The notes: a model not told the origin generated them from the sequence alone. A DNA stretch of 64,000 nt from Psammoneis japonica (GCA_008632985.1 QPGO01000188.1:1-64000), one strand, 5' to 3'. Positions 25,090-38,355 are shown, counted from the first letter of the stretch. Translations and numbers: made by a program.

Positions 25090-26600
25090 TTTCAAGGAAA
25101 ACAAACGCGTCGTTTCAAGGAAAACAAACACGTCGTTTCAAGGAAAACAAACATGTCATTTGAAGGAAAACAAACGTGTCATTTCAAGGAAAACAAACAT
25201 GTCTTTTCAAGGAAAACAAACGTGTTGTTTCAGGGAAAACAAACACGTGGTTTCAAGGAAAACAAACACGTCTTTTCAAGGAAAACAAACCTGTCAAACA
25301 AACGTGTCATTTCAAGGAAAACAAGCATGTCGTTTCAAGAAAAACAAATGTGTCGTTTCAACAAAAACAAACACGTTGTTTCAAGGAAAACAAGTGTGTT
25401 TCTTTTGAGAAAGACAAACATGTCTTTTCAAGGAAAACAAACATGTCTTTTCAAGAAAAACAAACATGTCATTTCAAGGAAAACAAACATGTCTTTTCAA
25501 AGAAAACAAACATGTCGTTTCAAGGAAAACAAACGTGTCTTTGCAAGGAAAACAAACATGTCGTTTCAAGGAAAACAAGCGCGTCGTTTCAAGGAAATCA
25601 AACAGGAAACAAAATTGTGGTTTCAAGGAAAACAAGCACGTCATTTCAAGGAAAACAAACATGTTGTTTTGACAAGGAAAACAAACATGACGCGCTCCAG
25701 GTCTGGGTGGGACCTTGCACTGCTGAGCTGTGACATCGACAGTTTTTTGAATCGCGTCGCATGTCGCGCACGCACATTTCTACATGATTTTGGCAAAATT
25801 TTGCATGATTTCATGGCACAATTGTCAGGCCATCCATTGAACAACTTTTGACATTTTTTTCTTCTGCGCCATTCTCGAGTGTCTTAAGAATGGCGCAGGG
25901 CAGGCGCACTGTCCAAAACTTTGAGTGTGAACAGGGACAGATGTGCTGCAAACTTGGCCATTTTTTTGTGTTGAAGACAAATGTGTCCATTGGCCAGAGC
26001 ACGAACTGCAGAGCTTGCACGTGGAATTCTGCGGGGCAAATGTCACAAAAAGTCCCACCTGGGACTGGAACCCATCACATGTCTTTTCAAGAAAAACAAA
26101 CATGTCTTTTCAAGGAAAACAAGCATGTCGTTTCAAGGAAAACAAGCGTTTCAAGGAAAACAAACATGTTGTTTCAAGAAAAACAAACATGTCATTTCAA
26201 CGAAAACAAACATGTTGTTTCAAGGAAAACAAACATGTGTTTTTGAGAAAAACAAACATGTTGTTTCAAGGCAAACAAACACGTGTTTTTAAGAAAAAAC
26301 AAACTTTGCAAGGAAAACAAACGCGTCTTTTCAAGGCAAACAAGCACGTCTTTTCAAGGAAAACAAACGTGTCTTTTCAAGGAAAACAAACGTGTCATTT
26401 CAAGGAAAACAAGCACGTCATTTCAAGGAAAACAAACATGTTGTTTTGACGAAAACAAACACGTTGTTTCAATGAAACCAAACATGTTTTTTTAAGAAAA
26501 ACACACACGTCTTTTCAAGGAAAACAAACATGTCTTTTTAAGGAAAACAAACGTGTCATTTCAAGGAAAACAAACATGTCGTTTCAAGGAAAACAAACAC
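25090..26600. repeat. 23-bp satellite array, interrupted by a MITE and continuing at 29220-29270 after the Sola element
   Basis: Tandem TTTCAAGGAAAACAAAC(A/G)TGTC units. Confidence 0.92.
25689..26076 (-). mobile_element. MITE, subfamily B (inverted)
   Basis: Reverse-complement similarity to 40078-40466. TSD ACAT. Confidence 0.9.
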
Positions 26601-29219
26601 AAGACTGGCCAGACAGAAAGGCACACCCGTGCGCTCTCGAGCTCTCAAACTTTGTTTCAAGAAAAACGCGTTGAAAAGAATTTTGACCAACCACAAACAT
26701 TTCAAGTGTGCACATGCAAGACATTGCAGGTCATTCTGATGCTTTGCAGACAGCATTGCGCAATGTTCGCACTCCTGTCTGTAAGAAGCCCATTTGCTTC
26801 GGCAGTTTTCTTTTTCTCAGCGTTCCGTGCCTTCTGCTCGTCGCTCTCTGACTGCTTTTGCTTCCACTTCTCTCTCTTGCTTTTTGCAACTTGATTGAGC
26901 ACGTCGTCTCCAGGATGAGGGCACATCTTGTCTTTGTCTTCCTTGTCCAGAAGCGGCCGACACTTTGTGCGAAGCTCCACCTTCTTGATGTCCTTGATTC
27001 CTGGAGCTGTCAAGGCATGTGGTCTTGTTGTTTGAAGTCTTGCTTTCCCATCATCCATTGATTCACTCTTCCTCTTTTTGAGATCCTCGCTAACTTCTGG
27101 CTCGCCGTCCGCTGCTTTCATTGTCGCCACTGTGGGACTCAAAGAGTCTTTCACTTCAAAGCAGTGGTGCTTCGTAGCTGCACTGCACTTCTTGCAATTC
27201 TGATCAAAATGAGCTCCATGTCCCAAAAAATGCTCCTCCTTTGCTTCAACAACAGCGACATGCTCAGAAGCATCCAATGCTTTCAACAGTTTGCTGAAGG
27301 CGCCAATGTTCTTGTCGCAGTGAGTTTGCTTGAGACTGTTGAAGAGTCTGTCAAATGCATTCTTGGTGTGCCCTTTCACTGAAAACATGATGCAAACTTC
27401 TTTGCAATGTCCTTGTTCCACCAGGTGGGAAGCAAGTCTCAAAACAGTGTTGCTCTTGTTTTGCCTGACACAGTTGTCAAAAATCAGCACAAGCTTTCCG
27501 CCTGGACCCTTTTCAACATCCAACAACCCACCATCGTGCAAGTGTTTCATTGTGAGGGATGCAACATTGTCGCCTCCCTTTTGGCCAGCGCCCTTGTGGC
27601 AGACGCACGCGTGCAACAAATCCTTGCACTCACTTTCCGTCTCCTTTTTCCCGGCAGGATCCGCCACTCCAAAGAAATTGACAGTCAAAGGTGAGGAGCA
27701 GTGCGTCTCCCCTGGCTGATCGGCTCCAAGATGAGGCAACCCCCCATTTTGACAACAGCCACCAATCCTCACTCGAGTCTGCTGACTGTGTGGCGTGTTT
27801 GCAATTGCGTGTTGCACCGCTTCCACAGTGTGCTTGCTGGCTGGTTGTCGTTGCTTTTGGGCCCACTCGACATGTTCAGCCGCTTCCAGCATCTCTTTTT
27901 CCTGGGCCTCAATCTCTGCCATGCGTTCCTCATTGTCATCTTCATCATTGTCTTTGTTGTCACTCTCACCACCCTCATTTTCTTTCTCCTTTCTTGCTTT
28001 CATTTTGAAGCCATTCACGAATTTGCAACAGTCATCGCAGATGTCCCAAGTTGGTCTTCTCGCAACGATGTTGGGATGCTTGTCCTTCCAAAAAGTGCAA
28101 AGCTGTGCCCAGGAGCATGTCTTTTGTTGGGTTTTACCTGCAATTGGCGCGGGTTTGAGAAATTTGCCACGGTCGTTTGACTCAAGCCTCCGTCCATTGT
28201 CGTCTCCACATTGTTTGTGCAATCCGTGCTTTTTTGTGGTGGGAGGCAAATCGAACGTGTCTTCATCTCTCAAGCCGACTCCTGTTTCTTCTCTGACCAG
28301 TCTTGTTGCATGTGGTTCTGAAAGCTCTTTTGTTTCCTCAAAGAACGAATGCATCGCCGTGCAAATTTCGGGTGCCAACGTCTTGTTGGCAGATTGACCT
28401 TTCCCACCTTTGAGACCATGTGATGGAAGCATGTTGTTCTCTGCATGAGACTTTGCTCTCTTCCAAAACTTGCAGTTTTTGCCGAGTGATGCAAGGAGAG
28501 CATGGGAGCAGATGAGACTGTTCTCGACAGTCGCTGTGTCCTCGTTGTCAGATTGTAACAGCAGCAACACAAAACAGCAACAGTCGCCACTGTGTTTCTT
28601 GACAAAACAAGAGCACTTGATCCAGGATGACAAAGCAGTGTAAGTTTCTTTGTAGCTTGGTCTTTCAAAGCACACCAGGCAGTTGCCAAGCATCTTTGCG
28701 GTTCGGACGTCGTTGCTCTCCATCAACTGCAATCTCAGCTTCTTCAGACAGCTGCATTTCGATGGTTTCTTTTTGTTCACATCAGCGCAATGCTCATGAA
28801 ATGTTGGTGAATCATCAGGACTTGAAAGCCAATCACAGAACATTTTTGCAGCTTTGTTGTCCTTGATGTCTTTCATTGGTTTCGGCCGGATTTTTTCAAA
28901 AGAGAGATGAGCAAAGGATTTCAAAATTGAACTGAGAACAAAGGCATTAAGAAAGAACACACTTTCACATTCAATTGAGATGCAAACACACATTCGAGTG
29001 CAGCTGCATGATTTTCTCCACACATGAATTCCCGCCAAGCTTCAACGGTCAAAACCATCACAATGAAATCATTTGACCATCATCATTGTCAATGGCTTGC
29101 AGTTCGTTTAGAAACACTCAAAAGCGGAGATCAAGAGCTTTCAATTGGTGTCCACACCTGAAAATCAACCATGCAAGCCATTTCGAGCTCTGGGTGTGCC
29201 TTTCTGTCTGGCCATTCTC
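26601..29219 (-). mobile_element. Sola-type (probably Sola2-like) DNA transposon
   Basis: 28-bp TIRs AAGACTGGCCAGACAGAAAGGCACACCC and GGGTGTGCCTTTCTGTCTGGCCATTCTC. 4-bp TSD ACAC/ACAT inside the satellite. Encodes a transposase. Confidence 0.85.
26702..28876 (-). pseudogene. Sola-like DDD transposase: open frame but hypermutated
   Basis: DICDDC, QPGETHCSSPL, KGGDNVASL, IFDNCVRQNKSN, FSVKGHTKNAFDRLF. These match the DNCxGQN and GHx4DRxF pattern of Sola transposases. Confidence 0.8.
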
Positions 29220-29329
29220 ACATGTTCTTTCAAGGAAAACAAACACGTCATTTCAAGGAACACAAACATGCAAAAAAGAAAAAAGAGAGCATCTGTTGGC
29301 AGTGCTGCCAGCGAACTATGTTGTCCACA

Positions 29330-29945
29330 AACACGTGCCTCTGGCACAAAGAGCGCATTTCCGCAATGCTGTTTTGCTGAGATTGGCGCCATGCTGTGCT
29401 TGCAGCCTGCTCTTCCCAGCAAATGCGCTGAGGATGGCTTTGCTCTTGGAATTTGGTTGGACAACCAGTGGCCACAAAACACAAGCTCAACAAGCTTGAC
29501 ATTGAAAAAGAAGAAAAACTTGAGGAGGCTGGTGTTGAGCGGCTCTTGTGGGAAAATCAATGGGGCGCAATGCCCTCTCTTCACAAGCAATTCACGAAAC
29601 GGGAGGGACATTGCAACATGCCAAGGGGCCACAACAAGGATGGGGAGAGCCTTGGAAAATTGTCAAGCAACCAACGGGATGCCACAAGGAAAAGGAAACT
29701 TGACGCTTCTCAACAGGAATGACTGAAGAAGGCCAGAGCAAAGTGGGACATTCTGGCCGAGCATTGGGAGACTGTGTTTTCTCTTCTCAAACAGCTTGTG
29801 GTGCATGGGGGAAGCTGCAAAGTGCCCATTGTCACACTGAAAATGGAGAGAGACTTGGATGTTGGCTGGACACACAAAAGCAAGCATGGAAGGCTGGAAG
29901 ACTGAAGAACAGCCATGCAAACCAGCTGCTGAATCTTGGCATGTT
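29330..29945 (+). pseudogene. Helicase-associated (HA) domain repeat protein remnant
   Basis: LGIWLDNQ..KLEEAGV, QFTKREGHCNMP..LGKLSSNQR, LGCWLDTQK..LLNLG, with frameshifts and a stop. Confidence 0.7.
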
Positions 29946-29999
29946 TTTGTTCAACAGCGGTCTCCGCTGCAAACTGCATTGTGCAGAAGCAGAAGAGAC

Positions 30000-31135
30000 A
30001 AAGAGAGTGCTGAGAAAGATTGACGCTTGCAAGGAGAAAGCAGATTCAAGCGTCAAGACAATTCAAGTGCCAGCTGGTCCTCAAGACAATCCAAAGACAT
30101 GCAAGCATTGGATGACAGCAGACACTCTGGAGGATGCAGCAGCAGCACTTCAGACACGGAGTCAACGTCATTTTGGACAGACCAAAGGTGCACCTCCTGC
30201 TGTCCCTCCCCTGTCCGTGGACTTGGGGCATGAGGGCACACCGTCATGGCAGAGCTGATGTTGGATGGGGAACATGACACCAGTCAATTGAATCTTGCTG
30301 CCTCGTTGCTTGTCTGGCACCTCCGTCAATGCACACCTCCAACTGCGAGCAATTCTTTGTCTTCCACCACTTTGTTTTCTAAATTGAAGACATGGCCTGA
30401 CAATCAACTCTGGTGTGATTTGCTGGGCGCAGCTGGGCATGAACTTGAGCTGCCAAAATGGACTTCACTGAGTGCAGAGAGCCATGCATTCGCCCTCACC
30501 ATGAAGACCTTGACGTTGAAATCTTCTCTGCAGACAGGCCCAAGTCCCGCTCTGGCACTCAACTCTCAGATTGTGCTCTGCACAAAACCCTCGGACACTG
30601 CTTGGCTCCAATTGGCGCCCAGAAGACTCAGTTGAAGAAACTCTGACACAAGAGCAACACTGCAGCTCTTTTCTTTTGATCTTGTTCACTTGACCATGCA
30701 GAAACATGGAGATGCTGCCATGCACATCATCTCTCCTCAATGACCTGTGTTCTCCCTGGCCAGACTTTTCTCCCCAAACAGCTGCTTGCCGCTCAACAGA
30801 AAGCAATGCGGGCCACATTGTCAAATGTGGGTGCAGCTGAAACACAAAGCAACTCATCTTGTGTGGCCCACAAGCTGTTGGCGGTGGCGGATTTTGACCA
30901 CCAGACATCAAACAAGGAGTTGCTCAATTGCAGGTGCTGCTCAAGCATTCCAGAGGTGTCACACATCTTCATCTGGGAGAGGATCAACCGCACAAATTGC
31001 TGCACATTGCAGTCTCATGGATCCAACTGAACTTGGGGACAGGCACAAGCTTCTTGTGGGATGCAGACGCTGTTCTCCTGCACATGGAATCATGTTGGTT
31101 TGCTTCCGTCAGTGCATTCTTGCACAGAATTCAAG
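30000..31135 (+). pseudogene. Old, internally deleted fragment of a LINE related to 51830-60028
   Basis: QRHFGQTKGAPPAVPPLSVDLG versus QKHFGQAHGTPPTVPPLSVDLG. DNQLWCDLLGAAGHELELPK versus DNQLWCDLLSAAGHKLELPK. Confidence 0.85.
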
Positions 31136-31269
31136 GCAAACTCATGTCTTTTCAAGGACAACAAACGTGTCTTTTCAAGGAAAACAAACGTGTCATTTCA
31201 AAGGAAACAAACATGTTTTTTCAAGGAAAACAAACAACTCGGAGCACACCAACAAAGCCTTGATGACAG

Positions 31270-33215
31270 TTGGCCATTTTGGCATTCAACTCAGGTGAGC
31301 CGTGTTTGTCAGAAGATGCCTGTCAGTTTTCTTGAGCTCCAACTCAACATCAGCCAATGCCCGTTTGACACAAAGGTCAGAGAACATGGCCCAGTGTGTC
31401 TTGCTTTCCAAGTCAGACAACTGGCACTTTCTGATCTGGGTGCCCAAGTGCTCCTCCCGCTCGCAGACACTTCCGTCCGCGAGCGTGCACCCAGAGCTCA
31501 TGCAATCCATGATCTTGACGTTGCGGACCCCTGCCTGGGTCGTCACTCAGAGGGTGTTCTTGGCGGCCATCAGGCCAATGTTCCACCTCTTGGAGAGCAT
31601 CTCGGGCGTGACAGTCAATGCGTGACTCGAGGTTGACAGTGCATGCACCCGTTTCCACTCGGCACAATCCGGGTGGACATCCAGATTGCGCCGGTCATGT
31701 GGCCCGTCTCCCCCAATGTTGTTGTGAGAGACATTTGCCTGAGCAACCAAGCAGCGATGCAGAGAATCATTGTCGCTTGCATCCACAATGACTCTCTCAT
31801 TGTGATGGGATGTCTGACACAAATGAATTGAAGCAACACACCTGGTCGCATTCATCATTGTCAACTGTCCGTCAGACTTTGCCGATCCTTGGCGCACAAT
31901 GGCGCATGCACGCTCTTCCTCCTTTTGTGCCATGGCATCAGCAGAAGGTTCCCATCCAAGGGGCGATGTGAGTTCCAGCCAGAGGAGGTTCTCCAGATCC
32001 TCCTGAGTCAGCTCGTGTGAGTCAAAGACCAAAGCAACACCTTGCGTGTGCAAAGGCATCCTGATTTTCAAGTCAGGGAAAATGACAGAGTGTGTGCTGT
32101 TGGGATCAAACTGGCAAGGGGTGTCGTGGACAGTCAGTTCACTCGCTCGCAGTTGGTTGGGGCACAGCAGGGTGTCAGTCACTCTGTCCCCAAAAAACAC
32201 AGCCTCATGGACTGGCAGCAGGCGCAGCTTTCCATTGGTTGGATCAGCCCGACATTCCTCATTGACGTGCACTCTTTGGAGCAAGGATGCACTGCAACAG
32301 CGTGGTCAACATCAGAGCACATGACAAAGTTGGACCCAACAGCACATGCATCAGCACGCTGGTCCAAGTCATTGGTTGCCTCACCATGTGAATGTCCGGC
32401 AGATGACAAAGCGACGTGTGTGTTCTTTGGGAATCGCCTGGATGAATGCACAGTGCCAGCAGGTGCAGCAACAGTTGGCTCCATGCCTTTTGGTGCTGGC
32501 GCAACTGTTCATTCCTCCTTCTGAGGTTTCTCGTGGGCGCTGCGTCTGAGCTGCATGCCTGTGTTGGCAGCAGGTGGCTCATCTGACTCTTTGGAGTCCT
32601 TTTGTTCATCAGCAGGTTGAGGCTCAGCAACAGCCGCCCTTTTCACAGCGTGAGTGTCAGTGTCAACCGACTTAGCCTCCAAGGATGCAGCTGCTGCTTT
32701 GCGTTTCATCCCAGCTTTCTTGGCCTCATGGAGCTTCTCAACTTGCTCTTGCCCAGGACCGTCAAGAGTGCTCCACTCTTCAATGAGGCAATGGCCTGCC
32801 TGGATCCTGGGCTTGTCCTTTTCAGCTTGGTGCTTGCCGTCAGAGTTTCCGTGCCGGTTGTTGCGGCATTGGATGGATGCGACCATGCGAGCATCAGCGT
32901 TGTGGTTCTTGGCATTCTCCACCAGAGACTTTGCATGCTGCTGGCATGCTTTGAAATCTGCTGGCTTCATCGGATCTCCGTCCACTGCGCTCTCACCAGT
33001 CTCCAACCCAGGGTCGCAGACACCCTTGAGAAAGTCAGAGACCTTCTTGGTCTCAGCCACTGGCTCATCAAGCTCAGACAAGTCATTGCAAGCCTTCTGA
33101 TGGCATTGAATGCACTGGTCAAAAGTAAAATGACCCCATCTGGTGAACTTTGCGGCAGCAATCTGTTCACGGGCACGGCTCTTGTGGGTGGTGGCAGCAG
33201 CCGATCCTTCCGCCT
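31270..33215 (-). pseudogene. gag: Gag-protease fragment of a second copia (CoDi-like) family
   Basis: FTFDQC..HQKACNDL..EPVAETKKVSDFLKG, LDQRADACAVG (protease site), TLLCPNQLR, LSKRWNIGL. A short copy of the protease site lies at ~23300-23430 (LDSRADACAVG). Confidence 0.8.
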
Positions 33216-33219
33216 GCCC

Positions 33220-33900
33220 ACATGTGATTTCAAGGAAAACAAACATGTCTTTTTATGGAAAACAAACATGTTTTTTCAATGAAAACAAACATGTTGCTTC
33301 AAGGAAAACAAACACGTCATTTCAAGGAAAACAAACAACATGTCTTTTCAAGGAAAACAAACATGTCGTTTTCAGGAAAACAAACATGTCGTTTCAAGGA
33401 AAACAAACATGTCCTTTCAATGAAAACAAACACGTCTGTTCAAGGAAAACAAACATGTCTTTTCAAGGAATGCAAACATGTCTTTTCAAAGAAAACAAAC
33501 ATGTCTTTTCAAGGAAAACAAACATGTCTTTTCAAGGAAAACAAACATGTCGTTTCAAGAAAAACAAACATGTCTTTTCAAGGAAAACAAACGTGTCGTT
33601 TCAAGGAAAACAAACATGTCATTTCAAGGAAAACAAACATGTGTTTCAGGGAAAACAAACATGTGGTTTCTGGGGAAACAAACATGTGGTTTCAAGGCAA
33701 ACAAACATGTCATTTCAAAGAAAAATGTTGTTTTAACGAAAACAAACACGTTGTTTCAAGGAAACCAAACATGTTTTTTTAAGAAAAACAAGCGTGTCTT
33801 TTCAAGGAAAATGAACATGTCTTTTCAAGAAAAACAAACATGTCTTTCAAGGAAAACAAACATGTCTTTTTGAGGAAAACAAACATGTTTTTTCAAAGAA
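33220..33900. repeat. 23-bp satellite array (short array also at ~31130-31236)
   Basis: Tandem TTTCAAGGAAAACAAACATGTC units. Confidence 0.92.
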
Positions 33901-34149
33901 ACCAGAACATGTTGCAAAAAGATTCTGGGGGGCACGACAATGCAGGGAGGAGAGTGTCAAACATCAATCAACCTAAATGTGGTTTGCTTGTTGCCATCAC
34001 AAAATGCCAGGAGCGGTGGGGAAGGTTTGGAGGAGCTGTTGTTCTGTGCGGGAACACGGGTGCCAGCAAATGGTTGTCTGGTGAGCGAAAACAAAAAGTG
34101 CAGCACACGTTGAAAACCCACGTGAGTTTTGCACTGTCACAAAAAAAGC

Positions 34150-35020
34150 CCGTGGAGAAGCATGGCGACCAGCATCACCCACACACGGGTGTGAACACCG
34201 CGCTCCGCACGGTGTGACGCTCTGCACAAATCCAGCGTGTCACACGCGTGTGCGCTGCGCGCACACGCTTGGGGACTCATTGGCGTTTTGCATTGGATGG
34301 TGGAACTGGGGCGCATTGATGTCACAGTGCCAGTCTCTCTTCTGTCTTCTTGCTTGGCGGCGCCAAGGGTTGGGCACCTGGATGAGGTGTTTCACATCTT
34401 TGCCTGTTTGAAGGCACACGCCAGGTCAGCAATGGTGTTTGATGACACGGAACCGACCTTTGATCAACCACCTTTTCAGCAATGTTGCTGGTCGGAATGC
34501 CATCCTGGGGCAGCCGAAGCCATCCCTCATGATGCCCCTGAGGCCAGGGGGAACAGTGTCGCCACTGCATGTTTCATCGACGCGGATCATGCTGGTTGTC
34601 AAGTGACGTGCCGATCCCATTCAGGGATCATTGTGCCAATGCAATGGGCCCCAATCTTGTGGTGCTCCAAGCGCCAAAACACCGTGGAATCCTCAACTTT
34701 TGGGTTGGAATTCGTTGCGATGAAGGTTGCCGTGGAGCAGATCGAGGCCTTTCGACACAAGCTTCGCATGATGGGTGTTCCCCTCAATGGCTCCACTGAT
34801 GTCTCATGCGACAATGAGGCCGTGTTTAAGAACTTGACGCGGCCCGAGTCGACACTCAAAAAGAAGCACAATGCCATTGCTTGACACCGGATGCGTGAGG
34901 TGCAGGCTGCTGGCATTGTGCACATTGCTTGGGAGGATGGCGAAACAAATCTCACTGACGTTCTCACCAAGTTGATGCCCGGACCGAGGCTCCGGGAGTC
35001 AATTCGTCACATTTTGTGGT
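34150..35020 (+). pseudogene. pol: Copia RT C-terminus and RNase H fragment
   Basis: LIGVLHWMVELGRID, FIDADHAG, WCSKRQNTVESSTFGLEFVAM, CDNEAV, LKKKHNAIA. Confidence 0.9.
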
Positions 35021-36204
35021 GAATGTGATTCCAGTGGCGGGCAAAATGCCCAAGCCCAGTGCAGTTGTGGCACCACTGGTTGGCTCGTCTTGCAGACGAA
35101 CCAAAATTTTCCATCCCGAGACACAGTTTTTTTGAATTGGCCTGGAAAGGGCAGGCAACGCGGACACACAGGGTCAAATTGATCCCACCGAAGCTGGCAT
35201 CTGTTCGAGGGGAGACAACGCAGCACAGAAAACCATCACAAAAAACCACCATGATGGTGCAGAAGCAGCTGATGCTTGATCATTGCCGTCAAACCTTCTC
35301 TTGCAAACAACACCAATGCAGGTCAATTCCACATTTTACTCTGATGTTGTGTGCCCAAGAAAACAGAGGTGAGAAAGTCCAAAAATGGACAAAAGCTGCT
35401 TCTGTGTTTTTGCTGCTGTTGGCATCACTTGATTCTCACACGGTTGGCAAGGAGTTGGGCCACGGTGACGCCATCGATGGATGTTGGGAATGTGAAATCG
35501 ACTTCACTGAAGAGTGCACGACAAATTGCAGCTGTGAGCAGGGGCTGCAATGCGGCAATGCCATCAACGGACCTTGGGAAAGGGGAGGGGCTGCAGAAAT
35601 GCCAAGGGGCTGTGGCGATGCTGTCGGGCCATGGTGTCACCCTTGGGATGCCGGTCGAAAGTCGAAATGGCAGCAAGAGATGGAAATGGATGCACCTGTT
35701 GACAGAAGGCAAGTTTGAGGTCGCTCTTGCTGGTGATCACTGGTCTGGCTGAATGGCACAACAGCAGTGCAGTGTTGATTTCCCAACTGTGGATGCATCT
35801 GGTGCTCACACAAATGTCTGCCTCCATGTCTCTTTGTCAGGGCCACACAAGACTGCAGTGGAGCCAATGAAAAGCACTGTCAAAGTTGACATTTCCATGA
35901 ATGTGTGACAAATTCATCAAAACAAAACTTGTTTTTCGACAATGAAACACATGTTGAAAGTCTTCGGCGAATTCAAATCAAAACAAAAAGGCAACAATTG
36001 CACACAAAAAGGAAACAACAAATTCAACTTGACTCTCAAAATTGAAATTGAAGCTGAACAACAACAACGCACTTTTGTGCAATTCAGTGTTCCGAAATTT
36101 ACAAAGGAAAGTGAACAACACTGCATTGCCACCTCTGACGAAACACAGAGGGTGAAGGACGGGACAAATGGGCCATTGTGTCAAGTCTCAAAAGTGGCTC
36201 AAGA

Positions 36205-36600
36205 GACGGGTTCCAGTCCCAGGTGGGACTTTTTGTGACATTGGGCCCGCAGAATTCTGCGTGCGAGCTCCGCAGTGAAATTGTCAAGCAATGGACACAT
36301 GAATGATCGCCAACAGAAAAAGAGGCAATTTTGTGAACGCATCTCCTCCTCCACACTTGAAGCACATTCTTTACAGTGTGCCCGGGCATTTTTTTTAGAC
36401 ACCAAAGAACACACCCAGTGCATTTTTGTTGACGTGAGTGCAGACAACAGAAAGCCTTTGGCTTCGCAAAACAGGCAGTGTGGAACAATTTTTTGTGACA
36501 GAACACGCAGAAATGTGCGTGCAAAACATGCGACGGATGACAAAAAACAATCATGTCACAGTTCAGCAGTGCGAGGTCCCACCTGGAGCTGGAACACGTC
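36205..36600 (+). mobile_element. MITE, subfamily A (396 bp)
   Basis: GAC...GTC termini with TIRs. TSD AAGA. Confidence 0.92.
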
Positions 36601-37089
36601 AAGAGTTTCAGCCAACAAGAGTCACTGGCTTTGCAGATCGTCAAGTGAGTGAACAGCAAATGGCATTGATTTGGCTGACAGCACAGCCAACATGCGGGCG
36701 CACCTTGACAATCTGTTGCACTGCATTCTGATGTTGTGGAATGAAAAGAACAACTTCAGCTTGCATTGATCCATCATGACAGAAGTGCGCGAGCTTTCCC
36801 TGGCCCTTTTGGGGCAATCGGGCAAGTGAAAGAGGAGCCACAGAAAGATGCGGATGATGCCATTTTGATGCATGGTCGTCATGTGGTGTTGTCGTGAGTC
36901 GCTGATGGGTGTGCCATGCTTTCTGTTTTTGTGCTGCATCTGTGCAGGAATGCACGTGCTTGGCTCTCATGCAGCTTCTGCACAAAAAGTGCACCAGGCC
37001 ATCTCCAGACTGCCCTCTCAAATGGAGCATCATGATGGAGTCAACTTTTTACATTGCAGCCAAATTGTTGGTTTTGCACGTCCTCAACC

Positions 37090-37620
37090 GGCATCACCCT
37101 GAGGTGATGTTGTGCCAAAACAACTTGCAATGGCGCCAGCGCCCCTCACTGCCAGACGCCAGGCTTCGGCGGATGCTTGACTTGAGCACTGGTTGAGCCA
37201 TGGCCAACCAGCTGTGCAACCTGTGGGTCGAACAAGTGAGATGCTCCTCCACTGAACTGAGCAACTCGGATCGATTGCAAGCTGAACAACTGTCTGCCTT
37301 GGAGTGGATGGCTGCCTCGGCGTCACGGTGCTGTGAGGACTTTCTTGTGCCCAAATTGTGCCCATGTGCAGCACCATCATGGAGAGTTCCCACCATTGGG
37401 GCCACACAAAACTGCCAGTCACAGCGGCCCAATCTGAGTGCTTTTCCATGTTCGACAAGGAGCGGCACAATCCAGCTGACAGCGAGCATGATGGCTGAGC
37501 TTTGTTCCACAAAGATGAGAAGCGCCCATTGAAAATCTGTCTCCAACCAATTTCATCTTGAGCTTGAAACACCGCCACAGCACTTTGATGGGCATTTGCT
37601 GAGCACAACACCTTGTCGTG
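37090..37620 (-). pseudogene. Degenerate 3' fragment of LINE ORF2
   Basis: QDEIGWRQIFNGRF, DWAAVTGSFVWPQWWEL and RKSSQHRDAEA match ~59400-59890. Confidence 0.85.
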
Positions 37621-37649
37621 AAACCAACACACAAAAAACATTGGACAAA

Positions 37650-37703
37650 CCCTGACCCTGACCCTGACCCCAACCCCAACCCCAAACCTGACCCCAACCC
37701 TGG
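37650..37703. repeat. Telomere-like hexamer tract, inferred (CCCTAA)9, now CCCTGA/CCCCAA
   Basis: CCCTGA x3, CCCCAA x3, ACCTGA, CCCCAA, CCCTGG. Confidence 0.75.
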
Positions 37704-38196
37704 CCCTTTTTGCATTTTCGCATTTCTGCATTTCCGTGTTTTTGCATTTTTCTGCATTCCCGCATTTCTGCATTTCCGCATTTCCGCATTTCCGCATTTC
37801 TGCATTTTTGCATTTCCACATTTTTGCATTTCCGCATTTCCGCATTTTTGCATTTTTGCATTTTTGCATTTCTGCATTTTTGCATTTTTGCATTTTTGCA
37901 TTTTCGCACTTCCGCATTTGCGCATCTGCGCGTTTCTTTGCACATGACCCGCCACATGTTGCAGGGGGGCACTGAAGGGACACAGCCCGCTGGCAAGGGC
38001 ACTGGTCAAACAAGATTTGCGGTGCATGTGTTTGGCGCTGGGGGCACTGGAGCAAAGCCAACGGGACAACTGCCACAAATGCCTTGGGAAAGCAGAGCAG
38101 GGTTTGTTGCTTCAAACAACACATGTGTTTGGGCAGAATGGAGTGCAACGCCGGTGGTGTGGAGGAGGCATGCGCCCACAAAAATGGAGCTGACGT

Positions 38197-38355
38197 GGAG
38201 TGGACACATCAGCAACAAAAGAGGACATCACAAAAAAAGGGTGACATTGCCCGCAGTTGTGGATCGAAGAACACTGGAGTGGACACATCAGCAACAAAAG
38301 AGGACATCACAAAAAAAGGGTGACATCGCCCGCAGTTGTGGATCGAAGAACACTT
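38197..38355. repeat. Tandem duplication of ~80 bp
   Basis: GGAGTGGACACATCAGCAAC...GGATCGAAGAACACT occurs twice. Confidence 0.85.

Noticed and set aside
24763..26600. ORFs with FQGKQT / FKENKH / SRKTN repeats, and FRIFAFSH or LCPWPF ORFs elsewhere
   Set aside because: They are translations of satellites and microsatellites that stay open in several frames.
35300..35800. Possible ankyrin-like (CPWD-type) repeat remnant
   Set aside because: Only a faint PWD-like motif is visible and it is too degenerate to support a call.
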